Source: Methanocaldococcus sp. 16A (GTDB lineage: Archaea; AGJL01; Methanococci; Methanococcales; Methanocaldococcaceae). Taken from it: DNA of 64,000 bases. A model generated the notes under the pieces. That model searched no databases, was not told where the DNA came from, and saw nothing but the letters and a program-made list of their open reading frames with translations. The translations under genes were made by a program, and so were the position numbers. Every line of letters starts with the position of its first letter. The first letter of the stretch is position 1. The stretch lies in NCBI GenBank assembly GCA_049860595.1, contig CP187551.1. One strand, 5' to 3'. This document shows positions 19,647-33,131 of the stretch, piece after piece.

Positions 19647-20552
19647 TTACAATTTTTGCAGATATTTAATAACATTTGCCATAGCTACACATCCATCTCC
19701 TACAGCTTTTGCTACTTGCATAACCCCTCCCCTAACATCCCCTACAGCATAAATTCCATCTATATTTGTTTTACAGTTTTCATCTGTTTTAATAAATCCT
19801 CTTTTATCTAATTCTATTCCACTATCTCTTAAAAATTCAGTATTTGGAACATGTCCCAAGCTTATAAATATCCCATCTGCTTTTATTATTTCTTCCTTTC
19901 CATTAACTAATATTTTTACTCCTTCTGCTCTCTCATTCCCAATGATTTCTAACGGTTTTGCATTGTATATTATTTCAACGTTATTAGCTTCTTTAAGCTT
20001 ATCTAACATTATCGGCTCAGCAGCTTTTAACTCTGATTTATCAGTAATTACAATAACTTTTTTAGCAATGTCTTTTAAATTTATAGCACTCATTATTGCT
20101 GGAGTGTCTCTTCCAACAACAATAACCTCCTTATTTAAATAGAAGAAAGCATCACACATTGTGCAGTAACTAACTCCTCTACCTATAAATTTATCTTCAT
20201 TTAAACCAAGTTTTTTAGACCTTGTTCCAGTTGCTATAACTATAGTTTTAGTTTCATAGGATGAATTTTTTGTTATAACTTTAAACGGCCTATCTTTAGT
20301 ATCTATTTTAACAACCTCATCATACACTATAGGAAGTTTAAACTTTTCAGCATGAGTTTTGAATTTTTCAGCTAATTCATATCCCCTAATCTCTTCAAAT
20401 CCTGGATAGTTTTCAACAATTCCAGCTTCAGCAATCCTTCCCCCAGCATTTTCCTTTTCTATGCATAAAGCTTTTAGCTTACCTCTCATGGCATAAATTC
20501 CAGCGGTTAATCCCCCAGGTCCAGCACCAATAATTATTGTGTCATAAATCAT
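19647..20552 (-). CDS. Thioredoxin reductase, F420-dependent (DFTR) type
   Basis: GAGPGG FAD motif, GVSYCTMCD redox motif; the NADPH GGGxxA motif is replaced by GRDTPA. Confidence 0.8.
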   Translation of the reverse strand: MIYDTIIIGAGPGGLTAGIYAMRGKLKALCIEKENAGGRIAEAGIVENYPGFEEIRGYELAEKFKTHAEKFKLPIVYDEVVKIDTKDRPFKVITKNSSYETKTIVIATGTRSKKLGLNEDKFIGRGVSYCTMCDAFFYLNKEVIVVGRDTPAIMSAINLKDIAKKVIVITDKSELKAAEPIMLDKLKEANNVEIIYNAKPLEIIGNERAEGVKILVNGKEEIIKADGIFISLGHVPNTEFLRDSGIELDKRGFIKTDENCKTNIDGIYAVGDVRGGVMQVAKAVGDGCVAMANVIKYLQKL

Positions 20553-21562
20553 TTTTTCACCCCATAATTTTTAATATTTTTAATTTTATTTATAAAGATT
20601 TCTAAACACTCTTTACAATTTTTATTGCAACATATTGGGGAATTTAGGAATAAAAGGTTGTGGAATAATGAGCAACCCCACTTTGTTCTCGTTCCATAGG
20701 TTAGTTTTTTTATTTCTTCATCTATGTTGTTGTTTAAGTAAAATATCTCATTCTCATTTCCTTCATTCATAATTGGTTTTAAATTTAAAGTTGGTGGGCT
20801 TCTAACAACAATTCCACTAACTTCTGAAATTTTATTAGCTAACAACATTCCCTCAATACTTGAAACTGGCTCAACTATCGTAGAGTTATCTTTATTTATC
20901 GCTTCTGGAAGGAATGAAACTTTAATTCTCAACCAAGTAGATTCTTCAGGGTTGTTTTTTATTATTTCTTTCCCTTTCTTTGAAATGTTTGCATTCTCTA
21001 AGTAATATTTGTAATGCTCATTACAAAGTTCCCTCAACCTTCTGTCAAATGATTTTTTGTGCGTTAAATAATATTTTGCCTTGACTTTCTTTTTGTAATA
21101 TTTTTTAAAATTCTTTGCACTGAGTCTTGTTAATTTCAATGCCTCTTCAAAAGGTATGTTTGTTTTATATTCAACAAGTTTTGCATATTCGTAAGTTTCA
21201 ATTATTATGTGGTTTTTATATCCCTTATTTGTCTCAACAGCCACTGATACATAATCTTCAAATGTTGGATGTCTTAAAAACATCTTCTTAACGTCTTCAA
21301 AATCCATATTAGGATTGAGCTTTCTAATTTCTTTTGGGGTTAAAAGACAAGGTCCTGTTGTGATATTCTTTGAAATAAAATCTCCAACCATTCCCACAAA
21401 CCTATAATAAGGTAAAGATGTGAAGTCATAAGAGATTATTCTATTGAGCTTATACTTCTCAATAACCCTATTCCAAAATTGAGGGTAAGTGTGATTATAA
21501 TACTCCTCTCCAATGTTGCAGTTGCAGTTATAACAATATGATTTTAAATTCATTGATATCAT
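20549..21562 (-). CDS. Hypothetical protein; putative highly diverged TrpRS (class Ic) paralog
   Basis: Long ORF with a GGTGG RBS before ATG 21562; ATGA overlap with the reductase; motif order resembles archaeal TrpRS (see findings). Confidence 0.55.
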   Translation of the reverse strand: MISMNLKSYCYNCNCNIGEEYYNHTYPQFWNRVIEKYKLNRIISYDFTSLPYYRFVGMVGDFISKNITTGPCLLTPKEIRKLNPNMDFEDVKKMFLRHPTFEDYVSVAVETNKGYKNHIIIETYEYAKLVEYKTNIPFEEALKLTRLSAKNFKKYYKKKVKAKYYLTHKKSFDRRLRELCNEHYKYYLENANISKKGKEIIKNNPEESTWLRIKVSFLPEAINKDNSTIVEPVSSIEGMLLANKISEVSGIVVRSPPTLNLKPIMNEGNENEIFYLNNNIDEEIKKLTYGTRTKWGCSLFHNLLFLNSPICCNKNCKECLEIFINKIKNIKNYGVKK

Positions 21563-21642
21563 AATACCACCTTGATTGTGCCACATCTATACACTATTAT
21601 TAACATTATCTACTATATATACTTTACCCCATATAAAAATAG

Positions 21643-22401
<759 letters not shown>

Positions 22402-22474
22402 AGAAATAGATACCTTTAAATATAACCAATATTAAATAATTAATTACAACTAATAAAAATCGTGGGGGATTATT

Positions 22475-22792
22475 ATGTCAGAAGGAAAAGAAGTTAAAGA
22501 AATAAAAATTGAAGTTCCTAAAGAAATTGCAGAAAAGATAGAAAAAATAACTAACTTCTTAAATAGTCTAAAAGAAAAGAAAGATGTAGTCTCAAAAGAA
22601 AAAGTCGAAGAGATGTTAAAGCTTATTGATGAAGTTAAAGATAAATTACCTAAAGTTAATGTAGATATTGAAAAAATAGCTAAAGTTTTAGAGGGAAGTG
22701 GTAGTGAGGTTAAAATTGTATTTAACAAATTAACCATTGATGGAGAGGTTGGTTTAAAAATTGTTCCTTTAAAGAAAGAGAAAAAAGAATAA
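22475..22792 (+). CDS. Hypothetical protein (Lys/Glu-rich)
   Basis: ORF with a GTGGGGGA RBS and genome-typical codon usage. Confidence 0.7.
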   Translation: MSEGKEVKEIKIEVPKEIAEKIEKITNFLNSLKEKKDVVSKEKVEEMLKLIDEVKDKLPKVNVDIEKIAKVLEGSGSEVKIVFNKLTIDGEVGLKIVPLKKEKKE

Positions 22793-22804
22793 ATAAGTGA
22801 GATT

Positions 22805-23215
22805 TTGCTTGATAAACTTAATTATCTATTTTTATTTCAGAGATTGATAAAAAAAGGTAGCTTAGAGATAGCATTAGTCAATATTTTTTCTTTAGTGATT
22901 AATAGAGATTATATTATTGTAGATGTTGAGAATACAAAATCACTAAAGGAAATTATAGAAGCAGTTTCTCCAAAATCAGATAATGAAAAATTAATAAGCT
23001 TTTTTGATAAAATCGAAGATTTAAAATCTTTTTTATCAAAAATTTCAAAAATAGCTGAGATTTTAGTTAAAGAGAAAAAAACTTTTATTTTAAAATATAA
23101 TGGAAAAGAGGTTTTAATTGTTGGTTATGATGCAAAAGGCGGAATAATTTTAAAAAATATAAAAATTGTTAATAAACTGCTTTTGATAAAGATGTTGGAT
23201 GAATTTAGAGGTTAA
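22805..23215 (+). CDS. Hypothetical protein
   Basis: TTG-start ORF with a GTGAG RBS, operonic with the previous gene. Confidence 0.6.
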   Translation: MLDKLNYLFLFQRLIKKGSLEIALVNIFSLVINRDYIIVDVENTKSLKEIIEAVSPKSDNEKLISFFDKIEDLKSFLSKISKIAEILVKEKKTFILKYNGKEVLIVGYDAKGGIILKNIKIVNKLLLIKMLDEFRG

Positions 23216-23220
23216 ATTGA

Positions 23221-24483
23221 TTAGTTTCTCAAAATCTCATACATCTCTTCAGCTTTTTCATATACCTTTTCTTCATCAACAGTTAAAATCTTTCCATCTC
23301 TCATAACAATATTTCCATCTATGATAACATCATCCACAAAGCCATTGAATGCATAAACCAAATGGGATATTATATTCTCTTTTGGATACAAGTAAGGCTT
23401 ATCTAAGTTTATTAGAACAATATCTGCTAAATATCCTTCTTTTATTTCTCCAGCTTTTATATTCAATGCTTTAGCTGCATTTTTAGTGGCAAAGTTAAAT
23501 GCTTCCTCTGCTTTAACAACAGTTGGATTTAAATTAATTCCCTTATGTAAAATAGCTGATACCTTTATCTCTTCAAATAAGTTTAGATTGTTGTTACTTC
23601 CACATCCATCAGTTCCTAAGGTAATGTTTATTCCTTCATTTAAAAGCTTTAGAATTGGAGCTATTCCAGAAGCTAATTTTAAATTACTAATTGGATTATG
23701 AGAAACATTTATGTTTTTTTCTTTCATTATCTTAATTTCTTCATCTGTTAAATGTACGCAGTGAGCAGCTATTACATTAACATCATCAAAGAAACCAAAT
23801 GAATTTAAATAAACAAAGGGCTCCATGCCAGTCTTCTCTTTAACCATTTTAATCTCATCCAAGGTTTCATTCATATGTATATGGATAGGGACATTATATT
23901 TTTTAGCTAAACTATTAACTTCCATTAAAAGCTCTTTAGAGCAAGTATAAGGAGCGTGAGGGCCTAAAGCAGGGAGTATTCTACTGTTATTTAATTTGTT
24001 TATATAGTTTATATACTTCTCAGCATTTTTAATTTCTTTCTCTCTTTTCTCTTCATCAAATAAATCTATCATTCCGTAAGCTAAAACAGCTCTCATTCCA
24101 CTTTCATCTACAGCCTTAGCAATTCCTTCTAAAAAGAAGTACATATCGTTGAATGTTGTTGTACCACTTCTAATCATCTCCACACAACCCAACAAAGTTC
24201 CCCAATAGACAATTTCTTCATTAAGCTTTGCTTCCATAGGCCAAATATAGTTGTTTAACCACTCCATTAGAGGTAAGTCATCAGCAACTCCTCTAAATAG
24301 AGTCATTGGTATATGAGTGTGAGTATTTATCAACCCAGGAATTGCTATTTTGTTCTTCCCATCTATGATTTCAGCATCCTCTATTTCCTCTTTTTTAATC
24401 TCACCAATCTTTTTTATTTTATTACCTTCAATTAAAATATCCTGCCTTTTTCCATTTACATATACCTCTTTTATCAATAACAC
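23221..24483 (-). CDS. dadD: 5'-deoxyadenosine / MTA-SAH deaminase (amidohydrolase)
   Basis: PGLINTHTH, PHAPY, HIHMNE, AHCV, GTDG. Confidence 0.85.
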   Translation of the reverse strand: MLLIKEVYVNGKRQDILIEGNKIKKIGEIKKEEIEDAEIIDGKNKIAIPGLINTHTHIPMTLFRGVADDLPLMEWLNNYIWPMEAKLNEEIVYWGTLLGCVEMIRSGTTTFNDMYFFLEGIAKAVDESGMRAVLAYGMIDLFDEEKREKEIKNAEKYINYINKLNNSRILPALGPHAPYTCSKELLMEVNSLAKKYNVPIHIHMNETLDEIKMVKEKTGMEPFVYLNSFGFFDDVNVIAAHCVHLTDEEIKIMKEKNINVSHNPISNLKLASGIAPILKLLNEGINITLGTDGCGSNNNLNLFEEIKVSAILHKGINLNPTVVKAEEAFNFATKNAAKALNIKAGEIKEGYLADIVLINLDKPYLYPKENIISHLVYAFNGFVDDVIIDGNIVMRDGKILTVDEEKVYEKAEEMYEILRN

Positions 24484-24514
24484 ATTTTCACCTTTCAAAA
24501 ATTTTTTAAAATAT

Positions 24515-24603
24515 AGGATTTTCGCAGTTTATATATTAAATAAGGAACTTTGACACCTTTAAGTGTCTATATTCAATAAAAAATTTATTACTGCGAAAGT
24601 CCT
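24515..24603. repeat. Palindromic repeat family A, copy 6
   Basis: AGGATTTTCGCAG...CTGCGAAAGTCCT; inner GACAC-CTTTAA-GTGTC hairpin. Confidence 0.9.
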
Positions 24604-24719
24604 ATAATTACCTTCCTATACCATAAATCTTTAGTTATGAATAGACCGAAAATCTTATATTATTTAGTAGTTAATAGATGTAGCGATATTTAAATAAAAA
24701 ATATCTTGTGGTGATAAAA

Positions 24720-25712
24720 ATGGTTAAAATATTCTATGACAATGATGTAACCTTTGATGCAGTTAAAGATAAAACAATAGCAGTTATTGGTTATGGTAGT
24801 CAAGGAAGAGCTCAAGCATTGAACATGAAGGATAGTGGATTAAATGTTATAGTAGGTTTGAGACCTAATGGGGCTTCATGGAACAAGGCAATTAAAGATG
24901 GACACACAGTTATGACAATTGAAGAAGCAGCTGAAAAAGCAGATATCATCCATATATTAATACCAGATGAAGCTCAGCCAGCAGTTTATAAAAAGCAGAT
25001 TGAGCCTTATTTAACAGAAGGAAAAACCATAAGCTTCTCTCATGGATACAACATCCACTATGGGTTAATAAGACCACCAGAGAATGTTAATATAACAATG
25101 GTTGCACCAAAAAGCCCAGGAGCAATGGTTAGAAAAACTTATGAAGAAGGATTTGGAGTTCCTGGATTGGTTGCTGTTGAGAGAGATTACACAGGAGACG
25201 CTTTACAAATTGCCTTAGGAATGGCTAAAGGTATTGGATTAACAAGAGTTGGAGTAATACAAACAACATTTAGAGAAGAGACAGAGACAGATTTATTTGG
25301 AGAACAGGTTGTTTTATGTGGGGGAGTTACTGAGTTAATTAAAGCTGCATTTGAAACATTAGTTGAAGCTGGTTACGCTCCAGAGATGGCATACTTTGAA
25401 ACATGCCATGAGTTAAAGCTAATAGTTGATTTAATCTACCAAAAAGGATTACAAGGAATGTGGGAGAACGTTTCAAACACTGCTGAGTATGGAGGATTAA
25501 CAAGAAGAGCAAGAGTCATAAATGAAGAGTCAAGAAAGGCAATGAAAGAGATATTAAAAGAAATTCAAGATGGTAGATTTGCAAAAGAGTGGGGCTTAGA
25601 AAATATTGCTGGAGCTCCACAGTTGAATGCATTAAGAAGATTAGAGAAAGAGCATTTAATTGAGAAAGTAGGAAAAGAATTAAGAAAGATGTGCGGGTTG
25701 GAGAAAGAATAA
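24720..25712 (+). CDS. ilvC: Ketol-acid reductoisomerase
   Basis: [22 protein letters not shown]. Confidence 0.97.
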   Translation: MVKIFYDNDVTFDAVKDKTIAVIGYGSQGRAQALNMKDSGLNVIVGLRPNGASWNKAIKDGHTVMTIEEAAEKADIIHILIPDEAQPAVYKKQIEPYLTEGKTISFSHGYNIHYGLIRPPENVNITMVAPKSPGAMVRKTYEEGFGVPGLVAVERDYTGDALQIALGMAKGIGLTRVGVIQTTFREETETDLFGEQVVLCGGVTELIKAAFETLVEAGYAPEMAYFETCHELKLIVDLIYQKGLQGMWENVSNTAEYGGLTRRARVINEESRKAMKEILKEIQDGRFAKEWGLENIAGAPQLNALRRLEKEHLIEKVGKELRKMCGLEKE

Positions 25713-25953
25713 GTTTTAATTTTTTATTATTTTAGTTTATAACTTTTTATTTCTTTATTTTTAATTTTTACTGTTTTATTTAAATGAAAGAAATCATTAT
25801 AATTTTTCGTTTTCTCATTAAACTTATATATTTACATATTTGTACATTAGCATATATATTTTCAAATATATATTCCGACAATAAACATAATACATTTCTA
25901 CAAAATCAAAAACTTTATATAATCATTAATATCTATTTTTATTTGTGATTAAT

Positions 25954-26649
25954 ATGGAGAAAGTGGCTATGTACATTATAGGAGATATTGTTTTAGCTGA
26001 AAATACTGGAAAGGCATTAAAAAAATGGAGGAATTTATTTAACATTCAACAGATTGAATTGGCTAAATACTTAAACGTTTCACCATCAGTTATAAGTGAT
26101 TATGAGGTAGGTAGGAGAAAAAATCCTGGAGTGAATATTATAAAAAAGTATGTTTTAGCATTGATAGAGATTGACAAAGAAAAAGGAGGACAAACAATAA
26201 AAGCATTAAAGAGAATTTTAGAAAAAAGTCCTTCAATGAAAGCAATTTTATCAATAAAAGAGTATGAAAATCCTATAACACTCGAAAAATTTGTAGAATT
26301 TATCAATGGTGAGATTGTCGTTGGAGAAAATTTAGAGACCCCAATATATGGGCACACAGTTGTTGATAGTATAAAGGCAATATTAGAAATGACTGGAGAG
26401 GATTTTTATCATTTATATGGATGGACTACTGAAAGAGCTTTGATATTCACAAATGTCTCAACTGGAAGAAGTCCAATGGTTGCTGTTAGGGTTAGTGTAA
26501 TGAAGCCGAGAGTTGTAGTTTTGCAAGGAATAGATAAAAATAAAATAGACAACTTGGCATTAAAATTGGCTGAGATTGATAATATTCCTCTAATAACTAC
26601 TCACTTAGATATAAAAGAGCTCATAAAAAGATTAAATGAGATAAAATAA
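25954..26649 (+). CDS. XRE HTH regulator with DRTGG-like C-terminal domain
   Basis: [19 protein letters not shown]; TGRSPMVA. Confidence 0.8.
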   Translation: MEKVAMYIIGDIVLAENTGKALKKWRNLFNIQQIELAKYLNVSPSVISDYEVGRRKNPGVNIIKKYVLALIEIDKEKGGQTIKALKRILEKSPSMKAILSIKEYENPITLEKFVEFINGEIVVGENLETPIYGHTVVDSIKAILEMTGEDFYHLYGWTTERALIFTNVSTGRSPMVAVRVSVMKPRVVVLQGIDKNKIDNLALKLAEIDNIPLITTHLDIKELIKRLNEIK

Positions 26650-26659
26650 GGGGGAAATT

Positions 26660-28889
<2,230 letters not shown>

Positions 28890-28901
28890 TTCGGCGATAT
28901 T

Positions 28902-29138
28902 ATGGATAAAATTCTTAAAAAAATTATTATATTAGTAGTTGGGAGTATTTTATTCATTATATCTGACTTTATTATTGAGTATTATTTGTTTGATGGACTA
29001 AGTGTATTTCTATGGATTTCTGCAATAATATTTGTCTGTTTGTTTATAGTTGGATTTATAATATATGATAAAATTAAATTAAACATTCCTTATCTTCCAT
29101 TTAATAAAAATAATAAAAATAAAAACGTGAGAGATTGA
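28902..29138 (+). CDS. Small membrane protein
   Basis: Two hydrophobic helices; GGCGA RBS; operonic spacing. Confidence 0.6.
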   Translation: MDKILKKIIILVVGSILFIISDFIIEYYLFDGLSVFLWISAIIFVCLFIVGFIIYDKIKLNIPYLPFNKNNKNKNVRD

Positions 29139-29323
29139 CAGAGAAATTCTGCCCGTTTATTAAAGGGATTTGTAAGAAAGATAGATGTATAATGTGGATT
29201 GGAGGAGAATGTAAGTTGGTTATGCTTATAGATTTATATATCTCATCAAAAATCTACGAGCTTTATGGTTATGAAGATGGAACTATAGAGGTTGATGTTG
29301 AAGAAGAACAAGATGCGAGTTGA
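29135..29323 (+). CDS. Small Cys-rich hypothetical protein
   Basis: CPF-x4-C-x4-C-x7-C-like cluster; TTGA overlap with the upstream stop. Confidence 0.55.
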   Translation: MTEKFCPFIKGICKKDRCIMWIGGECKLVMLIDLYISSKIYELYGYEDGTIEVDVEEEQDAS

Positions 29324-29328
29324 TGGTT

Positions 29329-29502
29329 ATGTGCAGCTGTAATTTATATTTTAATGGAGAATTGGTTATGGAAGATGTCTTGGTTGTAGAAAAAGTAGGA
29401 GACAAAATTATAGCCATTGATTTATTTGGAGAGAAAAAAGAATTTGCAGGAGAAATTAAAAAAATTGACTTAAATGAGAATAAGATTTTTATTGAGGGAT
29501 AA
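29329..29502 (+). CDS. CooT-family small nickel-binding protein
   Basis: MC.. N-terminus; MEDV; DLFGE...G.I..IDL. Confidence 0.7.
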   Translation: MCSCNLYFNGELVMEDVLVVEKVGDKIIAIDLFGEKKEFAGEIKKIDLNENKIFIEG

Positions 29503-29504
29503 AT

Positions 29505-29900
29505 ATGGTTGTTAGAAGTTGGAGGCATATAAGAGAGAGATATAATTTAATCGGAGTTAGATGTAAGAATTGTGGAACTGTCTATTTTCCAACAAGGGAA
29601 ATATGTCCAAAATGTAGAAGAAAGACAGAGTTTGAAGAAATAAAATTGAGTGGAAAAGGGAAAATTTATACATACTCAGTTGTTCATGTTCCACCAAAGG
29701 ATTTTGAAAAACAAGCTCCTTATGTAATAGCAATAGTTGAATTAGAAGAAGGTCCAAAAATTACTGGGCAGATAGTAGATTGCAAGCCAGAAGATGTTTA
29801 TATAGGCATGCCTGTTGAAGCTGTATTTAGAAGAATCAAAGAAGATGGGGATGATGGGGTTATAACTTATGGTTATAAATTTAAACCTATTGAGAGTTAA
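29505..29900 (+). CDS. DUF35 Zn-ribbon/OB-fold protein (thiolase/HMGCS scaffold)
   Basis: CxxCG..FP...CPxC; G.IYTYSVV; APYVIAIVEL. Confidence 0.9.
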   Translation: MVVRSWRHIRERYNLIGVRCKNCGTVYFPTREICPKCRRKTEFEEIKLSGKGKIYTYSVVHVPPKDFEKQAPYVIAIVELEEGPKITGQIVDCKPEDVYIGMPVEAVFRRIKEDGDDGVITYGYKFKPIES

Positions 29901-29996
29901 TTTTTAAAATTTTTTATTTTAGATTATAATTTATATATTTAAATATATGGATAATATAAAATCTTAGAGAAACTATAAAAATCATTATACTATTAT

Positions 29997-30015
29997 AGGA
30001 CTTTCGCAGGAATAA
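29997..30015. repeat. Solo end of palindromic repeat family A (copy 7)
   Basis: AGGACTTTCGCAGGAATAA with no partner end; lies upstream of aspS. Confidence 0.75.
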
Positions 30016-30055
30016 TAGTATTTATTAAAAAACACATAATACAATGGTGAATAAA

Positions 30056-31360
30056 ATGAAGTGGAGAAGAAGCCATTACTCAGCAGAAATTACACCAGAA
30101 ATGGATGGACAAGAAGTTATTGTAATGGGTTGGGTTCATTCAATTAGAGCCTTAGGAAAGATTATATTCGTTATATTGAGAGATAGAGAAGGAATGGTTC
30201 AAATTGTAGCTCCAAAACAAAAAGTTGGAGAGGAATTATTTAGCCAAATAAAGAAGCTTGGAGCTGAAGATGTTATAGCTGTCAGAGGAAAAGTTATAGC
30301 TAACGAGAAAGCACCAAATGGATTTGAGATATTACCATTAGAGTTAGAAGTTTTAAACACTGCCCAAAGACCTCTACCTTTAGACCCTACTGAAAAAGTT
30401 CCAGCTGAGTTAGATACAAGATTAGAAAACAGATTTTTAGATTTGAGAAGACCAAAAATTCAAGCAATATTTAAGATTAGAAGTGAAATGCTAAAATCTG
30501 TAAGAAAAACATTATATGAAGAAGGATTTGTTGAAGTAAATACTCCAAAATTAGTCGCAAGTTGTACTGAAGGAGGGACAGAGCTCTTCCCAATATCATA
30601 CTTTGAGAGAGAGGCATTTTTAGGGCAGAGTCCTCAACTTTACAAGCAGATGTTAATGGCTACTGGATTAGATAGAGTATTTGAGATAGCCCCAATATTT
30701 AGAGCTGAAGAGCACAACACAAGAAGACATTTAAATGAGGCTACATCAATAGACATTGAGATGGCATTTGCTGATGATAAAGATGCTATGGATATATTAG
30801 AAAAGGTTGTTTATAACGCATTTATGGATGTTTATGAAAACAGAAAGAAAGAGATTGAAACTTTGGGAATAGAGTTTAATCTTCCAGATAAAAAGTTTGA
30901 TAGAATCACTTATGATGAAGCTATCGATATTGCAAATGCAAAGGGTGTTGAAATAGAATGGGGACAAGATTTGAGTAGAGAGGCAGAGAAAGCAATTGGA
31001 GAGGAGATGGGAGGTCTTTACTTTATAACCGACTGGCCAACAGAGACAAGGCCATTTTACACAATGCCAGATGAGAAAAATCCAAATATATGTAAGGCAT
31101 TTGACTTAATGTATAAAGATTTGGAAATCTCTTCAGGAGCTCAAAGAATTCATCTCTATGATTTATTAGTTGAAAATATTAAGAAAAAAGGATTAAACCC
31201 AGATGGATTTACTTACTACTTAGAAGCATTTAAGTATGGTATGCCACCACACGCTGGATGGGGTTTAGGAGCTGATAGATTCACTATGGTTTTAACTCAG
31301 CAAGAAAACATTAGAGAGTGTGTCCTATTCCCAAGAGATAGACAGAGATTGACTCCATAA
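30056..31360 (+). CDS. aspS: Aspartate--tRNA(Asp/Asn) ligase
   Basis: OB-fold N-terminus, [22 protein letters not shown]; short KAPNG loop typical of non-discriminating archaeal enzymes. Confidence 0.95.
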   Translation: MKWRRSHYSAEITPEMDGQEVIVMGWVHSIRALGKIIFVILRDREGMVQIVAPKQKVGEELFSQIKKLGAEDVIAVRGKVIANEKAPNGFEILPLELEVLNTAQRPLPLDPTEKVPAELDTRLENRFLDLRRPKIQAIFKIRSEMLKSVRKTLYEEGFVEVNTPKLVASCTEGGTELFPISYFEREAFLGQSPQLYKQMLMATGLDRVFEIAPIFRAEEHNTRRHLNEATSIDIEMAFADDKDAMDILEKVVYNAFMDVYENRKKEIETLGIEFNLPDKKFDRITYDEAIDIANAKGVEIEWGQDLSREAEKAIGEEMGGLYFITDWPTETRPFYTMPDEKNPNICKAFDLMYKDLEISSGAQRIHLYDLLVENIKKKGLNPDGFTYYLEAFKYGMPPHAGWGLGADRFTMVLTQQENIRECVLFPRDRQRLTP

Positions 31361-31413
31361 TTTTTGAATACAATTTTTCTATTTTTGTAACTTTTAGGAT
31401 AATTTTATTAAAT

Positions 31414-31505
31414 AGGACTTTCGCAGGAATAAATTTTTTATTGAACATGGAGACACCTTTAAGGTGTTTAAATTCCAAATTAATATATAAAGCTGCGAAA
31501 GTCCT
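31414..31505. repeat. Palindromic repeat family A, copy 8
   Basis: Perfect TIR AATAGGACTTTCGCAG / CTGCGAAAGTCCTATT; inner ACACCTT-T-AAGGTGT hairpin. Confidence 0.9.
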
Positions 31506-31536
31506 ATTAAAACTACTATTTTTTATTGTGATATTT

Positions 31537-32289
31537 ATGAAATATCAAAAGATTGGAGATGTAGTTATAGTTAAAAAAGAATTAAATGAAGAAGAGATTA
31601 AGGAGATTATAAAAAGAACAAAATGTAAAACAATTGTTTTATACACAACACAAATAACTGGGGAGTTTAGAACTCCACATGTAAAAATCTTGTTTGGAAA
31701 AGAGACAGAAACAATACATAAAGAGTATGGATGCTTATTTAAGTTAGATATATCTAAAATTATGTGGAGTCAGGGAAATATTGAGGAAAGAAAAAGAATG
31801 GCATTTATTAGCAATGAAAATGAAGTAGTTGTCGATATGTTTGCTGGAATTGGTTATTTTACAATCCCATTAGCTAAATACTCAAAACCAAAGTTAATTT
31901 ATGCTATAGAAAAGAATCCTACAGCTTATCACTATTTATGTGAAAATATTAAGCTAAATAAACTAAACAATGTAATTCCAATTTTAGCTGATAATAGAGA
32001 AGTTGAATTAAAAGATGTCGCTGATAGAGTAATTATGGGATATGTTCATAAGACGCACAAATTTTTAGATAAAGCATTTGAGTTTTTGAAAAATAAGGGA
32101 GTTATACACTATCATGAGACAGTTGCTGAAAAGATTATGTATGAAAGACCTATAGAGAGATTGAAGTTTTATGCCGAAAAAAATGGCTACAAACTTATAG
32201 ACTATGAAATTAGAAAAATTAAAAAATATGCCCCAGGCGTTTGGCATGTTGTTGTAGATGCTGAATTTAAATCCTATGCATGTATTTAA
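31537..32289 (+). CDS. taw2: tRNA wyosine aminocarboxypropyltransferase (Taw2/TYW2, Met-10+ family)
   Basis: MWSQGNIEER, DMFAGIGYF, ADRVIMG, HYHE, KKYAPG; start revised to ATG 31537. Confidence 0.85.
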   Translation: MKYQKIGDVVIVKKELNEEEIKEIIKRTKCKTIVLYTTQITGEFRTPHVKILFGKETETIHKEYGCLFKLDISKIMWSQGNIEERKRMAFISNENEVVVDMFAGIGYFTIPLAKYSKPKLIYAIEKNPTAYHYLCENIKLNKLNNVIPILADNREVELKDVADRVIMGYVHKTHKFLDKAFEFLKNKGVIHYHETVAEKIMYERPIERLKFYAEKNGYKLIDYEIRKIKKYAPGVWHVVVDAEFKSYACI

Positions 32290-32539
32290 ATATATCTTCA
32301 TGTTGAACAATAACCTTAACTCCTAACTCCTCTCCAGCTTTTTCAAGCTCATTTTTTAGGGTTGTAAAATCTACTTTGGCATTTGATATATCAACAAGCA
32401 TAATCATGGCAAATAAATTATCCATAATAGTTTGGCTTATATCCAATATGTTCACATTATTTTCAGCTAAAACCTTTGAAATCCCAGCAACTATTCCAGT
32501 TCTATCTTGTCCAATAACTGAAACAACGACTCTACTCAT
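32267..32539 (-). CDS. ACT domain protein (UPF0237)
   Basis: VSVIGQDRTGIVA; NILDISQT; HEDIFKYMHRI. Confidence 0.9.
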   Translation of the reverse strand: MSRVVVSVIGQDRTGIVAGISKVLAENNVNILDISQTIMDNLFAMIMLVDISNAKVDFTTLKNELEKAGEELGVKVIVQHEDIFKYMHRI

Positions 32540-32618
32540 TTTCTCTCCTCTGTTAAATTTGATTAGTAAGTTATGATTTATACTTAATATATTAGATTTA
32601 AAGATTATGGTGGGAATA

Positions 32619-33131
32619 ATGAGAATATTTATAACTGGAATGCCAGGAGTTGGAAAAACTACATTAGTTTTAAAAATAGCTGAAAAATTAAAAGATTTTG
32701 GATATAAAGTTGGAGGATTTATAACAAAAGAAATTAGAAAAGATAGAAAAAGGGTAGGTTTTAAGATAATAACCTTGGATACTAATGAAGATGTTATATT
32801 GGCTTATATAGGGAAAGGAAAGATAAAAGTTGGAAAATATTGTGTTTTTGTAGAAAATTTAGACAAAGTTGGTGTTGAAGCAATAAAAAGAGCTTTAGAA
32901 GATGCTGATATAATAATTATAGATGAAATAGGCGCTATGGAATTTAAAAGTAAAAAATTTTCTAATGTTGTTAATGAAGTTATTAAAAGTGATAAGCCAT
33001 TATTAGCAACATTACATAGAAACTGGGTAGATAAATTTAAGGATAAAGGAGATATATATACCTTAACTGTTGAAAATAGGGACGAATTGTTTGAAAAAAT
33101 ATTAAATAAAGTGCTGAATGAATTGAAATAA
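32619..33131 (+). CDS. Nucleoside-triphosphatase THEP1 / NTPase
   Basis: GMPGVGKT; IIDEIGAME. Confidence 0.9.
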   Translation: MRIFITGMPGVGKTTLVLKIAEKLKDFGYKVGGFITKEIRKDRKRVGFKIITLDTNEDVILAYIGKGKIKVGKYCVFVENLDKVGVEAIKRALEDADIIIIDEIGAMEFKSKKFSNVVNEVIKSDKPLLATLHRNWVDKFKDKGDIYTLTVENRDELFEKILNKVLNELK

